Positions 19,988 through 30,512 of a stretch of DNA of 64,000 nt are shown here, piece after piece; the first letter of the stretch is position 1, and the number at the start of each line of letters is the position of its first letter. Source of the stretch: a virus (Duplodnaviria > Heunggongvirae > Uroviricota > Caudoviricetes). The position numbers and the translations under genes were made by a program. Where the stretch lies: the IMG/VR virus record IMGVR_UViG_3300032007_000002; one strand, 5' to 3'. The notes under the pieces are model-generated. The model was not told the origin of the DNA. It did no database searches and saw only the letters and a program-made list of their open reading frames with translations.

Positions 19988-22807
19988 ATGTATAAAGACG
20001 TCACCGAAACACTGATGACTACCGCCGAGTTCAAGGAACTTGTCGGGAAGAGCAACACGGGAAAACTTAGCGGTAAGATACTTCCTGATGTCTCTTACAT
20101 GGGTGTCAAGTACAAGGTCGGGAGCGAGACGAAGGTTTATGATGGCGACCATGTTGCCGGCAACTACTACTTCAAGACTTCCGATGGCTTGGTGAAGGTG
20201 AACATCTACGGCTCCGCGTCGGATGTCGTGGAGAGCACCTTGATCGGCCAAATCCAGGCGTTGCCGGGGAATACCGGCGCAAGCGATTTCGAGTATCTTG
20301 AATGCACGAAGAGTGCCGTATTTGACCCGCTTTATGGCTACCATTCCGACAGCCCGGGTGTCGGTGTCGATACGCTGGGCATGGGTGCCGGATCGATGTG
20401 CGAGGCCGACTATTCGTATTCGAACGGCCCGAGCATGTATATCGACTCGGATTCCAGTTATGTGAATGTGCTCGGCAATGACTCCGTTCTCCAGAACTCG
20501 CACTATGTCATGGGCTCTGTGTCGGATTCATTCATCAAGGATGCGTTCGGCCTGGTTGGCGCTATCTTCAATTCCCGACTTACCTCGGTGACCGATACGT
20601 CGGTGCTCGGGGGCATTGTCTTGAACGATTACAGTGCGCTCGAACAGAAGTGGAGTAGCGCGATGGGCGTTCCTCGCTGGCCGGGGTATTTGCTTAATTC
20701 CGACATCAAGGGCACCGGCAACGAAATGTGGGGGTCCGTTGATGGCCTGAAAATCAGGGGTTTCAACAACCACATTGGCTGGTTCAATGAATATACTGTC
20801 AAGCTGCCGGGGGATTCCACTGGTCGCTTCACGATGGGCGACATTGAAGTCAACGGTACCGGAAACTGGGTCGGGTTCAACTCGAGCCAGGTCAAGGTAA
20901 CCGGTTCAACTAACTATATCGCGGTTGGCAGTAAGAATGTCAACGTTATTGGCGACCATTTTAACGAGTATTACAATTATCCTGCCGTAACGGGAAGCCA
21001 GAAGAATCACGCAGTTGGCAGGTATAATGATTATGAGCTGTTGAGCGATACGGAGGCGCAGGCCCGCATTGATGCGGATATGGCAAGCACCGGCACCGAT
21101 GTTGGTCTGAGGGCTATTGTCGTTGGCGATAATGATTTGACATATACCCGTGACGGTGTATCGTATTCAATCGTGGCGAACGAAAGTGCAAACTGTATGT
21201 ATATCGGCTGGGGAGGACCTAAAACTTCTGAAGTTGCCAACTCGAACCGTAAAACCGTGAAGGGCGGTGAAGTTCTTTGGTATACCGAGGAATGGACGTG
21301 GTATCAGATTTTCCCGGCAAATCAGAAGAACGTGCTGTCCGTTGGTGATTATAATACGCTTCCCGATGACGCGGAAAACGTTGTTCTGTGGGGCAATGAG
21401 CTGATATTTGAAACTGCCAACATTTCTGACAGCGTGTTTGCCGCCAACCATATACGTATCGGTGGCCCGAAGAAGATGAAGGTTGGCGATGAGGTGATTG
21501 ACAAGAATATCATTCACGGGGTGTGGTGGATTGACACCAACCATGAACGGGGTGGTGGTAGTAGTGAAAACGGATGCCTGTCTGACATGAATGCCAACGA
21601 GGCTACGCCGAGTTTCACTGATGCGTTCGTGTTCACCAATTCCGGCTTCATGTATAACGGCAGGTTCTATGGCACGATGACCAAGTACGAAGCGCTTTCG
21701 CTTGGTTTCGGCGAAAGCCAGATAACCGGTAGTTCTGCATATATCCTTGATGGCGTGAGCGGCTACATTACCGAGGCTGCATGGTATAACTGCAAGAAGC
21801 CTGATACTCCGATGATTTATACCGGCGGTCTTGCCCTGTATGGTGGCGCAAATGCCTCCACCAGGAACCAGTCTGCATACGGCGTATTGAAGCTCGGTAA
21901 CATGTATTACCATGACAATACCCCGGATGACCAGATCCCGAGCGGCTATGTCGCTGCGGATTATCGCCGCTTGAAGACTGAGGAATACATCAAGAGTATC
22001 CTTGACGGCAAGGTGAGCACGGGCAACGTGTTCAAGGGTGCTGTCGTGATGACCCCGGGTACTGATAAGTGTCCGTATGCCGGCATGTCGCTCATCGTTC
22101 AGGACCGCCAGGAACTCGATGGCTCGTTCCACATCGGTGTTGGCTATCCGAAGTTGGATGTGAACATTGTCGAGAACACCTTGTTGTATGACCATGTCAG
22201 GAAACTTACCTGTTCCTACGTCGGGACACTGACTATTGGGTATCAGGAATACTATGACGGGTCGCAGATCCAGCAGTTGAGCCCGAAGGTGACATACCCG
22301 GATGAAAGCGCGACTACGGGTTCCGCTACGGCGACTTCTACGGCTGATAACGCGATAGTTACCAGTGTTACGACTGTGGCAACCAAGACCCCGTCCGGCG
22401 ATTCTTACACCGAGTCTATGGCGCCGTCCTTCCAGATTACGCCGAAAGCGAACGAAATGATTGTCATTGATCCGGGCATCTTGCACATTTCATACACCAA
22501 CCACACACTGAATGTGTCGCTGGTTGACCCGAGTGAAGCGGACGTGGGCAAGGTATTCTACCTGTACATGTATCTGAGTTCGATTACGGAATATACTCCG
22601 TATGTGACTGCCAAGTGCTTGACCATGACCGGTACATCGGTTGCCAGCGAAGGCACATCGCCTTCCATGGGCACCCGGGGCATCAACCTGCAAACGTGGG
22701 GTGATTCTACTTATGCGTCGTCCAAGAACGTATTCCTGAAAGTATCGGTCAAGAAGGCAAATAACGAGGTTGGCTACTTCTTTGAGCGTATTCCGCTTCC
22801 GAGTTAG
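19988..22807 (+). CDS. tail fibre/spike-like protein
   Basis: 939 aa, G/N/S-rich beta-helix-like repeats (GTGN..G, GFNN.IG, GSTN.I), in frame with upstream ORF. Confidence 0.6.
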   Translation: MYKDVTETLMTTAEFKELVGKSNTGKLSGKILPDVSYMGVKYKVGSETKVYDGDHVAGNYYFKTSDGLVKVNIYGSASDVVESTLIGQIQALPGNTGASDFEYLECTKSAVFDPLYGYHSDSPGVGVDTLGMGAGSMCEADYSYSNGPSMYIDSDSSYVNVLGNDSVLQNSHYVMGSVSDSFIKDAFGLVGAIFNSRLTSVTDTSVLGGIVLNDYSALEQKWSSAMGVPRWPGYLLNSDIKGTGNEMWGSVDGLKIRGFNNHIGWFNEYTVKLPGDSTGRFTMGDIEVNGTGNWVGFNSSQVKVTGSTNYIAVGSKNVNVIGDHFNEYYNYPAVTGSQKNHAVGRYNDYELLSDTEAQARIDADMASTGTDVGLRAIVVGDNDLTYTRDGVSYSIVANESANCMYIGWGGPKTSEVANSNRKTVKGGEVLWYTEEWTWYQIFPANQKNVLSVGDYNTLPDDAENVVLWGNELIFETANISDSVFAANHIRIGGPKKMKVGDEVIDKNIIHGVWWIDTNHERGGGSSENGCLSDMNANEATPSFTDAFVFTNSGFMYNGRFYGTMTKYEALSLGFGESQITGSSAYILDGVSGYITEAAWYNCKKPDTPMIYTGGLALYGGANASTRNQSAYGVLKLGNMYYHDNTPDDQIPSGYVAADYRRLKTEEYIKSILDGKVSTGNVFKGAVVMTPGTDKCPYAGMSLIVQDRQELDGSFHIGVGYPKLDVNIVENTLLYDHVRKLTCSYVGTLTIGYQEYYDGSQIQQLSPKVTYPDESATTGSATATSTADNAIVTSVTTVATKTPSGDSYTESMAPSFQITPKANEMIVIDPGILHISYTNHTLNVSLVDPSEADVGKVFYLYMYLSSITEYTPYVTAKCLTMTGTSVASEGTSPSMGTRGINLQTWGDSTYASSKNVFLKVSVKKANNEVGYFFERIPLPS

Positions 22808-22861
22808 TCCGTGCAGGAAAACCTAGTTTTCCCGCATGAAACGTTTCAAACGAGGAAACCG

Positions 22862-23398
22862 ATGAAAAAGGTAAAACGCGCATACGCAATCAACCTCAAC
22901 CTCATGCTCGAACACGCTGACCAGGTATTCAAGGCCCCGGTCAGCGCATGGTTCCGCTATTTCGTGACCCACAACTTGAAGGTCACTGGCGAAGAACGCA
23001 AGAACACGGTAGAAGCCTTCCCGCCTGACCAGGCTTTCCTTGAAGCCGAACAGCGCCGCTTCGCTATCCAGAAGGAGCTTGGGTTCAATACCCAGGCAGA
23101 TTTTCAGACTGCGTCGCCGGAAGCCCGCGAGGAACTCGAACGCAAGATCCTTGATCTCCGCGAAGAGTGCAAGGAGGCTTACGAGAACGAGGCCATCATC
23201 GACAAGAACCGCAACGAGTTCTGCGACGAGGAAATCGAACTTGACCTCCGCACCATCGAGCTCGAACGTGTGCCGGATTTTGCTGGGACCAACGAACAGC
23301 AGAACTGGTATTACTGGAACCTCCTCAAGCCTCTCATCAAGGATCCTCCGCAGGAAGCCGAACCGGCTGCACCCGCCAAGGAAGAAAAGAAGGGGTAA
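22862..23398 (+). CDS. helical hypothetical protein
   Basis: ORF with GAGG RBS and strong codon bias; TAGTTTT -10 box at 22824. Confidence 0.7.
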   Translation: MKKVKRAYAINLNLMLEHADQVFKAPVSAWFRYFVTHNLKVTGEERKNTVEAFPPDQAFLEAEQRRFAIQKELGFNTQADFQTASPEAREELERKILDLREECKEAYENEAIIDKNRNEFCDEEIELDLRTIELERVPDFAGTNEQQNWYYWNLLKPLIKDPPQEAEPAAPAKEEKKG

Positions 23399-23401
23399 CC
23401 C

Positions 23402-24496
23402 ATGGCTACGCTGGCTGTCTGTCTGGTCGTGAAGAACGGCCGGAGGACGGTCCTGTCGTGTCTGGACAGTGTCCTGCTGGTGGCCGACCAGGTCGTCGTC
23501 GTGGACACGGGTTCTACTGACGGGACTGTCGAACTGGTTCGCGGTTGGGCTGCTCGCAACAAGAAGGATACGGTTGTCGATGCTGTCGGCAGCCGTTTTC
23601 ATGATGGTATGGGCAACTTTGACTTCGGCGCCGCGAAGAACCATGCGATTAACCGTGCTACGACGGACTACGTGATGTGGATTGATGCGAACGAGACGGT
23701 CGAACAACCGGCCCGTCTCCGCAAGGCGTTTACCGTAATCACGGGAAGGACGCCCGATGCGAGCATATTCATATACACCCGCACGAGCCCGAAGTATTTC
23801 TTCCCGCGCCTGCGTATATGCAAGCGCTGTAACGCGCGTTTCGAGGGCCGCATCCACGAGCTTCTCAAGAACTGCGCCCCGAACCCTCCCACGGTCGATA
23901 CCGGCCTGTTCATCAGGAACTTCAAGCCCACGCGCGACGTGGCCCGCAACTTGAAGACGCTGCTTGCGGACTGGAATATCGGGAGGACGCCGAGGACCGC
24001 GTTCTACATCGCGAATTCCTATCGCGACATGAAGAATGTTCCCGCCGCGCTGGAATGGTATAACGTCGCGGTGGACGAGTTCCCCGACAACTTTACCGAG
24101 GAACGCGTCAAGTCCCTGGAAATGATATGCCAGATTTCGGAAACGAACCGCGACCTGGAAACGATTGGCAGGCGCTCCCTCCAGCTTATCCAGGAAAGTC
24201 CGACACGCCCGGAAGGCTACTACTGGCGCGGAAAGTATCAGTACCACAAGGAAAATTACAGCATGGCCGAGAAGTGCATGCGCCAGTGTCTCAAGCTGAA
24301 CGCACGCCCCGATTCGGTGACCTGGATTAACCCGGACATCTACGACCGGCGCAAGATTGTGCAGATGCTCCACGAGGCGCGTGACAAGAGCACTTTCCTC
24401 GGGCAGAAGCCGATGAAGCCGGACCGTATCGAGGAATGGTATGGTAACGGCGCCGGGGCCCGTTCCAGGGTGGAATACCAGGGTTACGGGTACTGA
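23402..24496 (+). CDS. GT2 glycosyltransferase with C-terminal TPR repeats
   Basis: LAVCLVVKN, VVVDTGSTDGT, DF..A.N.A, WIDANE, F.G.IHE, then helical TPR-like repeats. Confidence 0.88.
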   Translation: MATLAVCLVVKNGRRTVLSCLDSVLLVADQVVVVDTGSTDGTVELVRGWAARNKKDTVVDAVGSRFHDGMGNFDFGAAKNHAINRATTDYVMWIDANETVEQPARLRKAFTVITGRTPDASIFIYTRTSPKYFFPRLRICKRCNARFEGRIHELLKNCAPNPPTVDTGLFIRNFKPTRDVARNLKTLLADWNIGRTPRTAFYIANSYRDMKNVPAALEWYNVAVDEFPDNFTEERVKSLEMICQISETNRDLETIGRRSLQLIQESPTRPEGYYWRGKYQYHKENYSMAEKCMRQCLKLNARPDSVTWINPDIYDRRKIVQMLHEARDKSTFLGQKPMKPDRIEEWYGNGAGARSRVEYQGYGY

Positions 24497-24512
24497 TTTC
24501 CGCCCCCGCGGA

Positions 24513-24521
24513 TATAAACTA
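24513..24521 (+). promoter_or_regulatory. late promoter TATAAACTA
   Basis: Exact motif upstream of ATG 24557. Confidence 0.8.
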
Positions 24522-24556
24522 TTGGCGTTACACGAATTTACGAACGGAACCCGCAG

Positions 24557-27500
24557 ATGCAGAATGAAGACAAGCTGATTAAGCAGATTGACGCGATGAC
24601 CTACAACGCGCGGCAGGCTATCAACGCTCTCAACCGCTCGGTGATGAAGGCCGGGTCGTATAACGGGTTTACCGTCGAACGCGCTGGCGAGACGGTAACG
24701 CTCGACCGTGCGGACATCTACAAGCTGTATAAGTTCTACGAGGAATGGGAATACCGTTCCGGGGAGACCCCGTTCGCACAGGACATGTTCGAGACGGCGA
24801 TGGAACAGGCCGACATCCAGGTTGGTGGTCCGTCCGCGTCAGAAGTCCTCGTCAAGCACGCCAAGATACTCTATAAGAGCGCCACGAACGCGGAGCATAC
24901 CGATGACCAGTTCTGGCTCGACAAGATCAAGAATGCGACCAACCCGAAGCTGGTCTCCAACTCGGCGCCGATTCCGCTGAACTTCCGCGCCCCGATTTAC
25001 GACGAGAACCTTTCGACGAAGCATTACAGCCAGTATGAGACCTACCTGTTCCCTGCCGGCTACAACTCGATTGACCTTCTCGGTTTCCAGGGTGACGGGA
25101 CCGACCACCTCGCGGGTGGCCTGAACTGGCGCTTCGAGATTGACGACACGTTCACCGTGAACGCCAACAAGTTCCTGTTTGGTACGCACCGGTTTGACGA
25201 AGTGAAGGCGATGCCGTACACCGACTACAACGAGCGCTTCGCGTTCATGACCGGTGTCGATTGTTATGGCTACGGGCCGAATACCTTTGCTGGTGGCCAT
25301 AGCTGCGTTTCGTATCTCGGTGAGTCGTTCTCATACGGCTATGGCGGTGTCGCCTATGGCGAGGAGTCCGCGACGATTGCGAGCCTGTTTGGGTATTCCC
25401 TCGGGACAGCGTCGTTTACGGAAGGCGGGTATATCCATGCCACGGCCGATTTCGGCGCCGCGTTCAACTACATGACGCAGGCCGGCGGCTATCGCTACAA
25501 GTTCACTACGTTCGCGGACGACGATGACGATACTGCGGACAGCGGAACCGAATGCCAGAGCCGTATCGTGGTTGACGGATGTACTTATACCCGTGCCACG
25601 GGTGCCACCGTGTCCAAGGCGGGGCTTGCCCCGAACCAGATCCGTATCGCGAAGGATGAGTGGGATAACGGCATGCACAGGTTCTACCTCTCTGTCGGCG
25701 ATTCCGTGTATCTCTACAACTGGGAAACGGTCGGCTCTGATGGCAAGGCCCAAAAGCACAATTCTTCCGAAAGCTGCGTCCTGAAGCCTTTCGTCTGCAA
25801 GATTACTGAAATTTCATCCAACGGCAACCTCGACAAGATTATTTCTCTCGACAAGAATGTTACCAACCGCGAAGGGTTTGCTATCGCTGGCGGTAGCATC
25901 TGCGCATACCAGGTTGAAGTTACGGGCATGAACCCGTATAATGCTGCCAACTGGACAACGCCGGGTGCGAACTCCGCGATTACCTATACGGTCGAGTGCG
26001 GCCGTTATAGCGCCGCGCTGAACTACCAGACTACCGCGATGGGCATGGCCCAGACCGTGGTCGGTGCCAACAACGTCCCGATGCTTGAACCGAGGTTCAT
26101 TGTCGGCTGTGGCTATATCGACCGCATGACCCCGGGAGCGGGTTCCGATTTTAGCGGTCTTGCTGGCCGCATGGAAAATGCGTTTGTTGCCGGCCCGAGA
26201 TATTCGTTCATGAAGCTGGCCAATTCCAAGGTGATTGTCGGTGTGTCCGACCATCGCAACACTGCCGATATGCCGGCATGCGGCTACAATACGGCCGTCG
26301 TCGCGGACGAGGCATCCAAGTATGGTATCTACCAGCTGACGGGCGCATACGCGATTACCTGGGACCCGACCGAGAAGATTAAGGGTATCAGCCACGTTTG
26401 CTATGACCGTGGCGAGTTCTCCGTCAATGGTGATGGTCTTCTCGTTCGCCCGATCCCGACCGGCGACCGTTCCGGCGCTGCCGAGTTCGGTTTCCGTGAC
26501 ATTTCTACAAGGCTTGGCGGTGCCCATGGTTCCACGGTAATCTGGTCAGGCAAGGACCCGGACAAGGACCAGATGATGTGGGAACGCTACCAGTACATCC
26601 AGGCTCGGAACGCTGGTACGGAACCGATTAACCGTGTTCACATCTATGGTGAGGACGGCATCACTGTGGAGACCCCGCAGACAATCAAGATGATTGCCCG
26701 CAGGACGGACGGTAACGAGACTTCCTACATCGACATGGATTTCGAGCGTCTCATCCTGAGTGGCCAGACATACGGCGCCCTTGCTGCAGACTGCACGTCC
26801 CGTTCTTACAGCCTCCGCGGCGATACGCTGTTCGTGAACCCGGAATACATGGCCCACAACAGGGAAAGCCACAGCGGCTTCCACTTCGACTGGGCGGACG
26901 GCTATCTTCCGAACGAAGGCCTCCCGGCCGCGTTCCAGAAGTCTTCCTACTGCGACGCATACCACTCTATCGTCAGCTCCTATGTCTATTCCACGACATC
27001 CACCCACTTCAAGGAAAACCACGACGACACCCAGTCGAACAGCGCCTATGACGTGGCTGGCTTCATTCTCCCGGGTGCACTCACCGACTCCATCATGCGC
27101 AACATGTATGTCATGCCGCGTGTCCAGGTCTTCTCCAACACCATCTTCGGTGACGGCAACGGAGGCAAGAACCCGGAAGGCGCATCCCTCTATGAGGAAC
27201 TCGCCTACATGCGCGATGTTGACATGGCCATTGATACGGCACCGAAGGAAAGGGTCGGCACCGGCACCTACTGCCGCGTGGAAAATGGCGTCGTAAAGAC
27301 GAATGACACGACCGCGTCCCAAACAATTCCGGCTTACGTCTATGACAACAAGACCGGCATCATCAAGAAGACCGTTGAGGGCGTGTTTACTACGCCGTGG
27401 TTGAGCGGTGGGCTGGATGGGACCGCCCAGCAACAGGTCCACCAGATGATGGGCGATTATGGCATTATGTGGAACGCCAATTCGTTCGGCTACTGCCTGT

Positions 27501-28030
27501 CCTATGGCAAGTGGGGCATGCCGCTTCTCGACAAACTCTGCATTACCTTGACTGGCCACATCATCACGGTCTCGTTCAACCTTAACCTTACCCTCCTGCA
27601 GCACTACTGCGGAACATCGTATTATCCGGCTGAACTCGACAAGACGAACCGCCTGTGCGGCCTGCGCTTGCCGATCTATCCGTCGATTGGCGACATCAGG
27701 TACCTGGACAGCAAATACCAGGTCCCGATGCTTACCGGCGGTGGGCCATACGGCTATCGCTCCGGCATGACGGTTGCGGCATATTTCCCGACCAGTACGA
27801 GCGCGATGGTATTGGATATCCAGTGGACGGCCCTTATCAACGGGGGCAATATCGTGGAAGCGCCGAATGTGCCTATTGTCTTGCAGGGACCTTGCGCATT
27901 TGCGGCAAAGTCGTCTGCCGAGGACTTCCTGAGTTCCCATCACTCGTCTGCCCTGTCATACTGGGACGGGAAGGCTGCGGTCACCGATGCGCAGATCAGG
28001 AACGCGTTCAGGCAAATCAACTTCTCGTAG
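24557..28030 (+). CDS. large tail fibre/adhesin-like virion protein
   Basis: 1157 aa; YadA-head-like repeats (G..S.A.G..T.A.G), late promoter. Confidence 0.6.
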   Translation: MQNEDKLIKQIDAMTYNARQAINALNRSVMKAGSYNGFTVERAGETVTLDRADIYKLYKFYEEWEYRSGETPFAQDMFETAMEQADIQVGGPSASEVLVKHAKILYKSATNAEHTDDQFWLDKIKNATNPKLVSNSAPIPLNFRAPIYDENLSTKHYSQYETYLFPAGYNSIDLLGFQGDGTDHLAGGLNWRFEIDDTFTVNANKFLFGTHRFDEVKAMPYTDYNERFAFMTGVDCYGYGPNTFAGGHSCVSYLGESFSYGYGGVAYGEESATIASLFGYSLGTASFTEGGYIHATADFGAAFNYMTQAGGYRYKFTTFADDDDDTADSGTECQSRIVVDGCTYTRATGATVSKAGLAPNQIRIAKDEWDNGMHRFYLSVGDSVYLYNWETVGSDGKAQKHNSSESCVLKPFVCKITEISSNGNLDKIISLDKNVTNREGFAIAGGSICAYQVEVTGMNPYNAANWTTPGANSAITYTVECGRYSAALNYQTTAMGMAQTVVGANNVPMLEPRFIVGCGYIDRMTPGAGSDFSGLAGRMENAFVAGPRYSFMKLANSKVIVGVSDHRNTADMPACGYNTAVVADEASKYGIYQLTGAYAITWDPTEKIKGISHVCYDRGEFSVNGDGLLVRPIPTGDRSGAAEFGFRDISTRLGGAHGSTVIWSGKDPDKDQMMWERYQYIQARNAGTEPINRVHIYGEDGITVETPQTIKMIARRTDGNETSYIDMDFERLILSGQTYGALAADCTSRSYSLRGDTLFVNPEYMAHNRESHSGFHFDWADGYLPNEGLPAAFQKSSYCDAYHSIVSSYVYSTTSTHFKENHDDTQSNSAYDVAGFILPGALTDSIMRNMYVMPRVQVFSNTIFGDGNGGKNPEGASLYEELAYMRDVDMAIDTAPKERVGTGTYCRVENGVVKTNDTTASQTIPAYVYDNKTGIIKKTVEGVFTTPWLSGGLDGTAQQQVHQMMGDYGIMWNANSFGYCLSYGKWGMPLLDKLCITLTGHIITVSFNLNLTLLQHYCGTSYYPAELDKTNRLCGLRLPIYPSIGDIRYLDSKYQVPMLTGGGPYGYRSGMTVAAYFPTSTSAMVLDIQWTALINGGNIVEAPNVPIVLQGPCAFAAKSSAEDFLSSHHSSALSYWDGKAAVTDAQIRNAFRQINFS

Positions 28031-28040
28031 GAGCCTTTAG

Positions 28041-29897
28041 ATGTCAACCAAGATTTCGACACTTGAAGCGAACCCGCTGGGTCATATCACGGGTAGTCTT
28101 GCCGTTTCCCAGGCCAATTACGAGGCCATCCTCAATGCCTTGGTCGAGTGGGAGCACAGCAAGATGGACAAGGTCACTGTCCGTCTCAGCACGAACACGC
28201 CCCCGTATTTTGTCGATTATGTCCTTTCGACGAAGCACGCTGCCGACAAGGGCGGTGGCGACAATGCGGTGGCGCCGTTTCTCGGCGCGGGCAAGTATGC
28301 CTACAAGGAAATGCACCGCGTTTCCGCGACCTACGATCCGGCAAACCCGGACACCGTCGTTGCCCGCATTACTACCGGTTCCGACTTTGGCAGGAAGGCT
28401 AAGGTGTATGCCGTCCCGGCAATCTATGACGAGTGTTCAAGGTGGAACCCGGACACAAATTCCACGGAATATTACGTGGCCGACAAGTTCACCAAGGATT
28501 ACCCCGCCGGGACGTATTTCGCCCGCTGCATAGGCAGTCTCGATGACCAGGATGTACCGGCATCAATCGCCCTCTATGTGACGACGGCCGATGTCGTTGC
28601 GGAAGACGCCATTGTGTCTGGAACTGGAACCGGAAGCAACTGCAGGCCAGCGGTGATTGACTATGTGTCCAATCTGCCGTTGCCGACGGAGGATACGCTG
28701 GTGAAGTATCGCGGGGTCGTCTATGAGCTCGCTTCCGACCGGAACATGTCGTATCTGCCGGACAACCCGAAGTCCGGTTTCAGGAAGTTCTGTGATAGCT
28801 ATTCCGAGGAGGCAGTCTATTCCTACGGAACGCTGGTCGAGAAGGACGGGATGTTCTATGTCTATCAGTTCGACGCGGATTCGTCGGTGGCCCCGGCTGA
28901 GCTGGTTGAGGATGCGGGAGGTGACAGCGCCCTCGTGGAGAATACGGACTACTGGGTCCGCATGTTCCCGCTCGATGCGCACTACTCCGTCGGCAATGGC
29001 GGGACGCTCCGGTACAAGCTGGTTACGGACATCTCCGGCTTTATCGTCAAGAACAATTCGTCCGAGCCGTTCATGTCGGATGCGGAAATCCGCATGCACA
29101 GCTCCCTCCGCATCCCGGCAGGCCGCACGGTGCAGCCGAAGGGCGTGGAGATTATCCCGAGCTGCAACTACATCCAATACCCGGATTCCCGGAATGCGAA
29201 GTGGGTTTCGGGGAAGACCTACGGCCCTACTGATACGTCTATCGGCGTTTACGGGTTGCAGGACTATTCTTCCGTGATGGTGTTCAGCCATGCGTCCAAG
29301 GATGTTTCCCGGCTCAACATCATCAACTATGACGGACCGGACCTTGATCAGGGCCTCGCAATCTTCCTTCCCGTAAATGTGGTGGGCAAGAATGATGAGG
29401 TGGTGTCGCCGAAGGATGGCGCCATGTTCGAGTTCATGTTCCGCATCTGGCCGACACCGGAGCTCAATGGCGGAAAGGTGAACGACCTCATCGTGAACAA
29501 GGCGCACATCTACGTGTATAACGTGATGGACTATGCCGACCTCGACCTCGCCTCCCGCCAGTTCTCCAAGAACAACGCGTGGCCGATTGCGAAGTTCAGC
29601 ATGGCCAGGATGACCAACTTCTATGTGTTCGGCGAGAACGTCGCAATTCCTGACCGTCCGGTAATCTACAAGGCCCGGTTCATCTACAACGCCACGGACA
29701 ACGCCTGGCAGACATTTGACTATTACCAGCTCCCGGACCATATCTTCATGTCCCCGAACGGGTTTACCGATTCTGCGGAAACTGCGGGCTTCCCGATGTT
29801 CCAGGATCCGTTCTCCCGCAGTGACCTGAGCCCGATTAGGGTAGGCGCCGAATACTATGGACGGATGAAGGGCGTCTGGAACCAGCCGGAAACCTAG
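28041..29897 (+). CDS. virion/baseplate protein
   Basis: 618 aa, AGGAG RBS; short Y..G..V...G..Y repeats; C-terminal domain shared with the 54803-59872 protein. Confidence 0.55.
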   Translation: MSTKISTLEANPLGHITGSLAVSQANYEAILNALVEWEHSKMDKVTVRLSTNTPPYFVDYVLSTKHAADKGGGDNAVAPFLGAGKYAYKEMHRVSATYDPANPDTVVARITTGSDFGRKAKVYAVPAIYDECSRWNPDTNSTEYYVADKFTKDYPAGTYFARCIGSLDDQDVPASIALYVTTADVVAEDAIVSGTGTGSNCRPAVIDYVSNLPLPTEDTLVKYRGVVYELASDRNMSYLPDNPKSGFRKFCDSYSEEAVYSYGTLVEKDGMFYVYQFDADSSVAPAELVEDAGGDSALVENTDYWVRMFPLDAHYSVGNGGTLRYKLVTDISGFIVKNNSSEPFMSDAEIRMHSSLRIPAGRTVQPKGVEIIPSCNYIQYPDSRNAKWVSGKTYGPTDTSIGVYGLQDYSSVMVFSHASKDVSRLNIINYDGPDLDQGLAIFLPVNVVGKNDEVVSPKDGAMFEFMFRIWPTPELNGGKVNDLIVNKAHIYVYNVMDYADLDLASRQFSKNNAWPIAKFSMARMTNFYVFGENVAIPDRPVIYKARFIYNATDNAWQTFDYYQLPDHIFMSPNGFTDSAETAGFPMFQDPFSRSDLSPIRVGAEYYGRMKGVWNQPET

Positions 29898-29906
29898 TTT
29901 TCGGCC

Positions 29907-30482
29907 ATGCCGGCCAAGAAGTATAAGTGTGTTTTCCCAGGATGCAATTACGAGACCGATGAGCGCAGGCTCATCGAGTTTCATCATGTGAACCCGAAAG
30001 AACTTGGGGTGAAGCTCAACAAGGATGTGACCATCCAGCTATGCCCCGTCCACCACAAGATGATTTACCACCCGCTCGCGAAGAGCGGGCAGCACGCAAT
30101 CAAGGACGAGCACTCCCTGTCCGTCGTGCAGGTGGCGAATACGACTACCGGGAAGGCCGTCATATTCCGTGACATGGCCGGCCATGAGATAACGGTCGAG
30201 GTGGATAGCCGCCCGCCGAAGCCTAGCGCAATCTATGCGTTGTCGTGGTCCCTCGTTGGCGGCATCTCCGAACAGGAGGTGAACGACTGCGATTCCTACG
30301 TGGAACAGCAGGTCGATATGCGCGGGTTCCATCAGGTAGGAAACACTATCTACTACAATTCTGCACACTGTACGGTGGCCCATGAGCTGCTGAAAGCCTA
30401 CATCACCCAATACATGGTTACCGCCAAGGCGGAGTTCTTTGCCGCGCTTGCCAAGGCCCGGGCGGACTACCGCCGGTTATAA
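29907..30482 (+). CDS. HNH endonuclease-domain protein
   Basis: CVFPGC...EFHHVNP...LCPVHH; leaderless behind TAGTTTT. Confidence 0.75.
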   Translation: MPAKKYKCVFPGCNYETDERRLIEFHHVNPKELGVKLNKDVTIQLCPVHHKMIYHPLAKSGQHAIKDEHSLSVVQVANTTTGKAVIFRDMAGHEITVEVDSRPPKPSAIYALSWSLVGGISEQEVNDCDSYVEQQVDMRGFHQVGNTIYYNSAHCTVAHELLKAYITQYMVTAKAEFFAALAKARADYRRL

Positions 30483-30486
30483 ACTA
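30478..30486 (+). promoter_or_regulatory. late promoter TATAAACTA
   Basis: Exact motif overlapping the HNH stop codon. Confidence 0.78.
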
Positions 30487-30512
30487 GGGTAGAAGAATGT
30501 GTAGGTTTAGCG

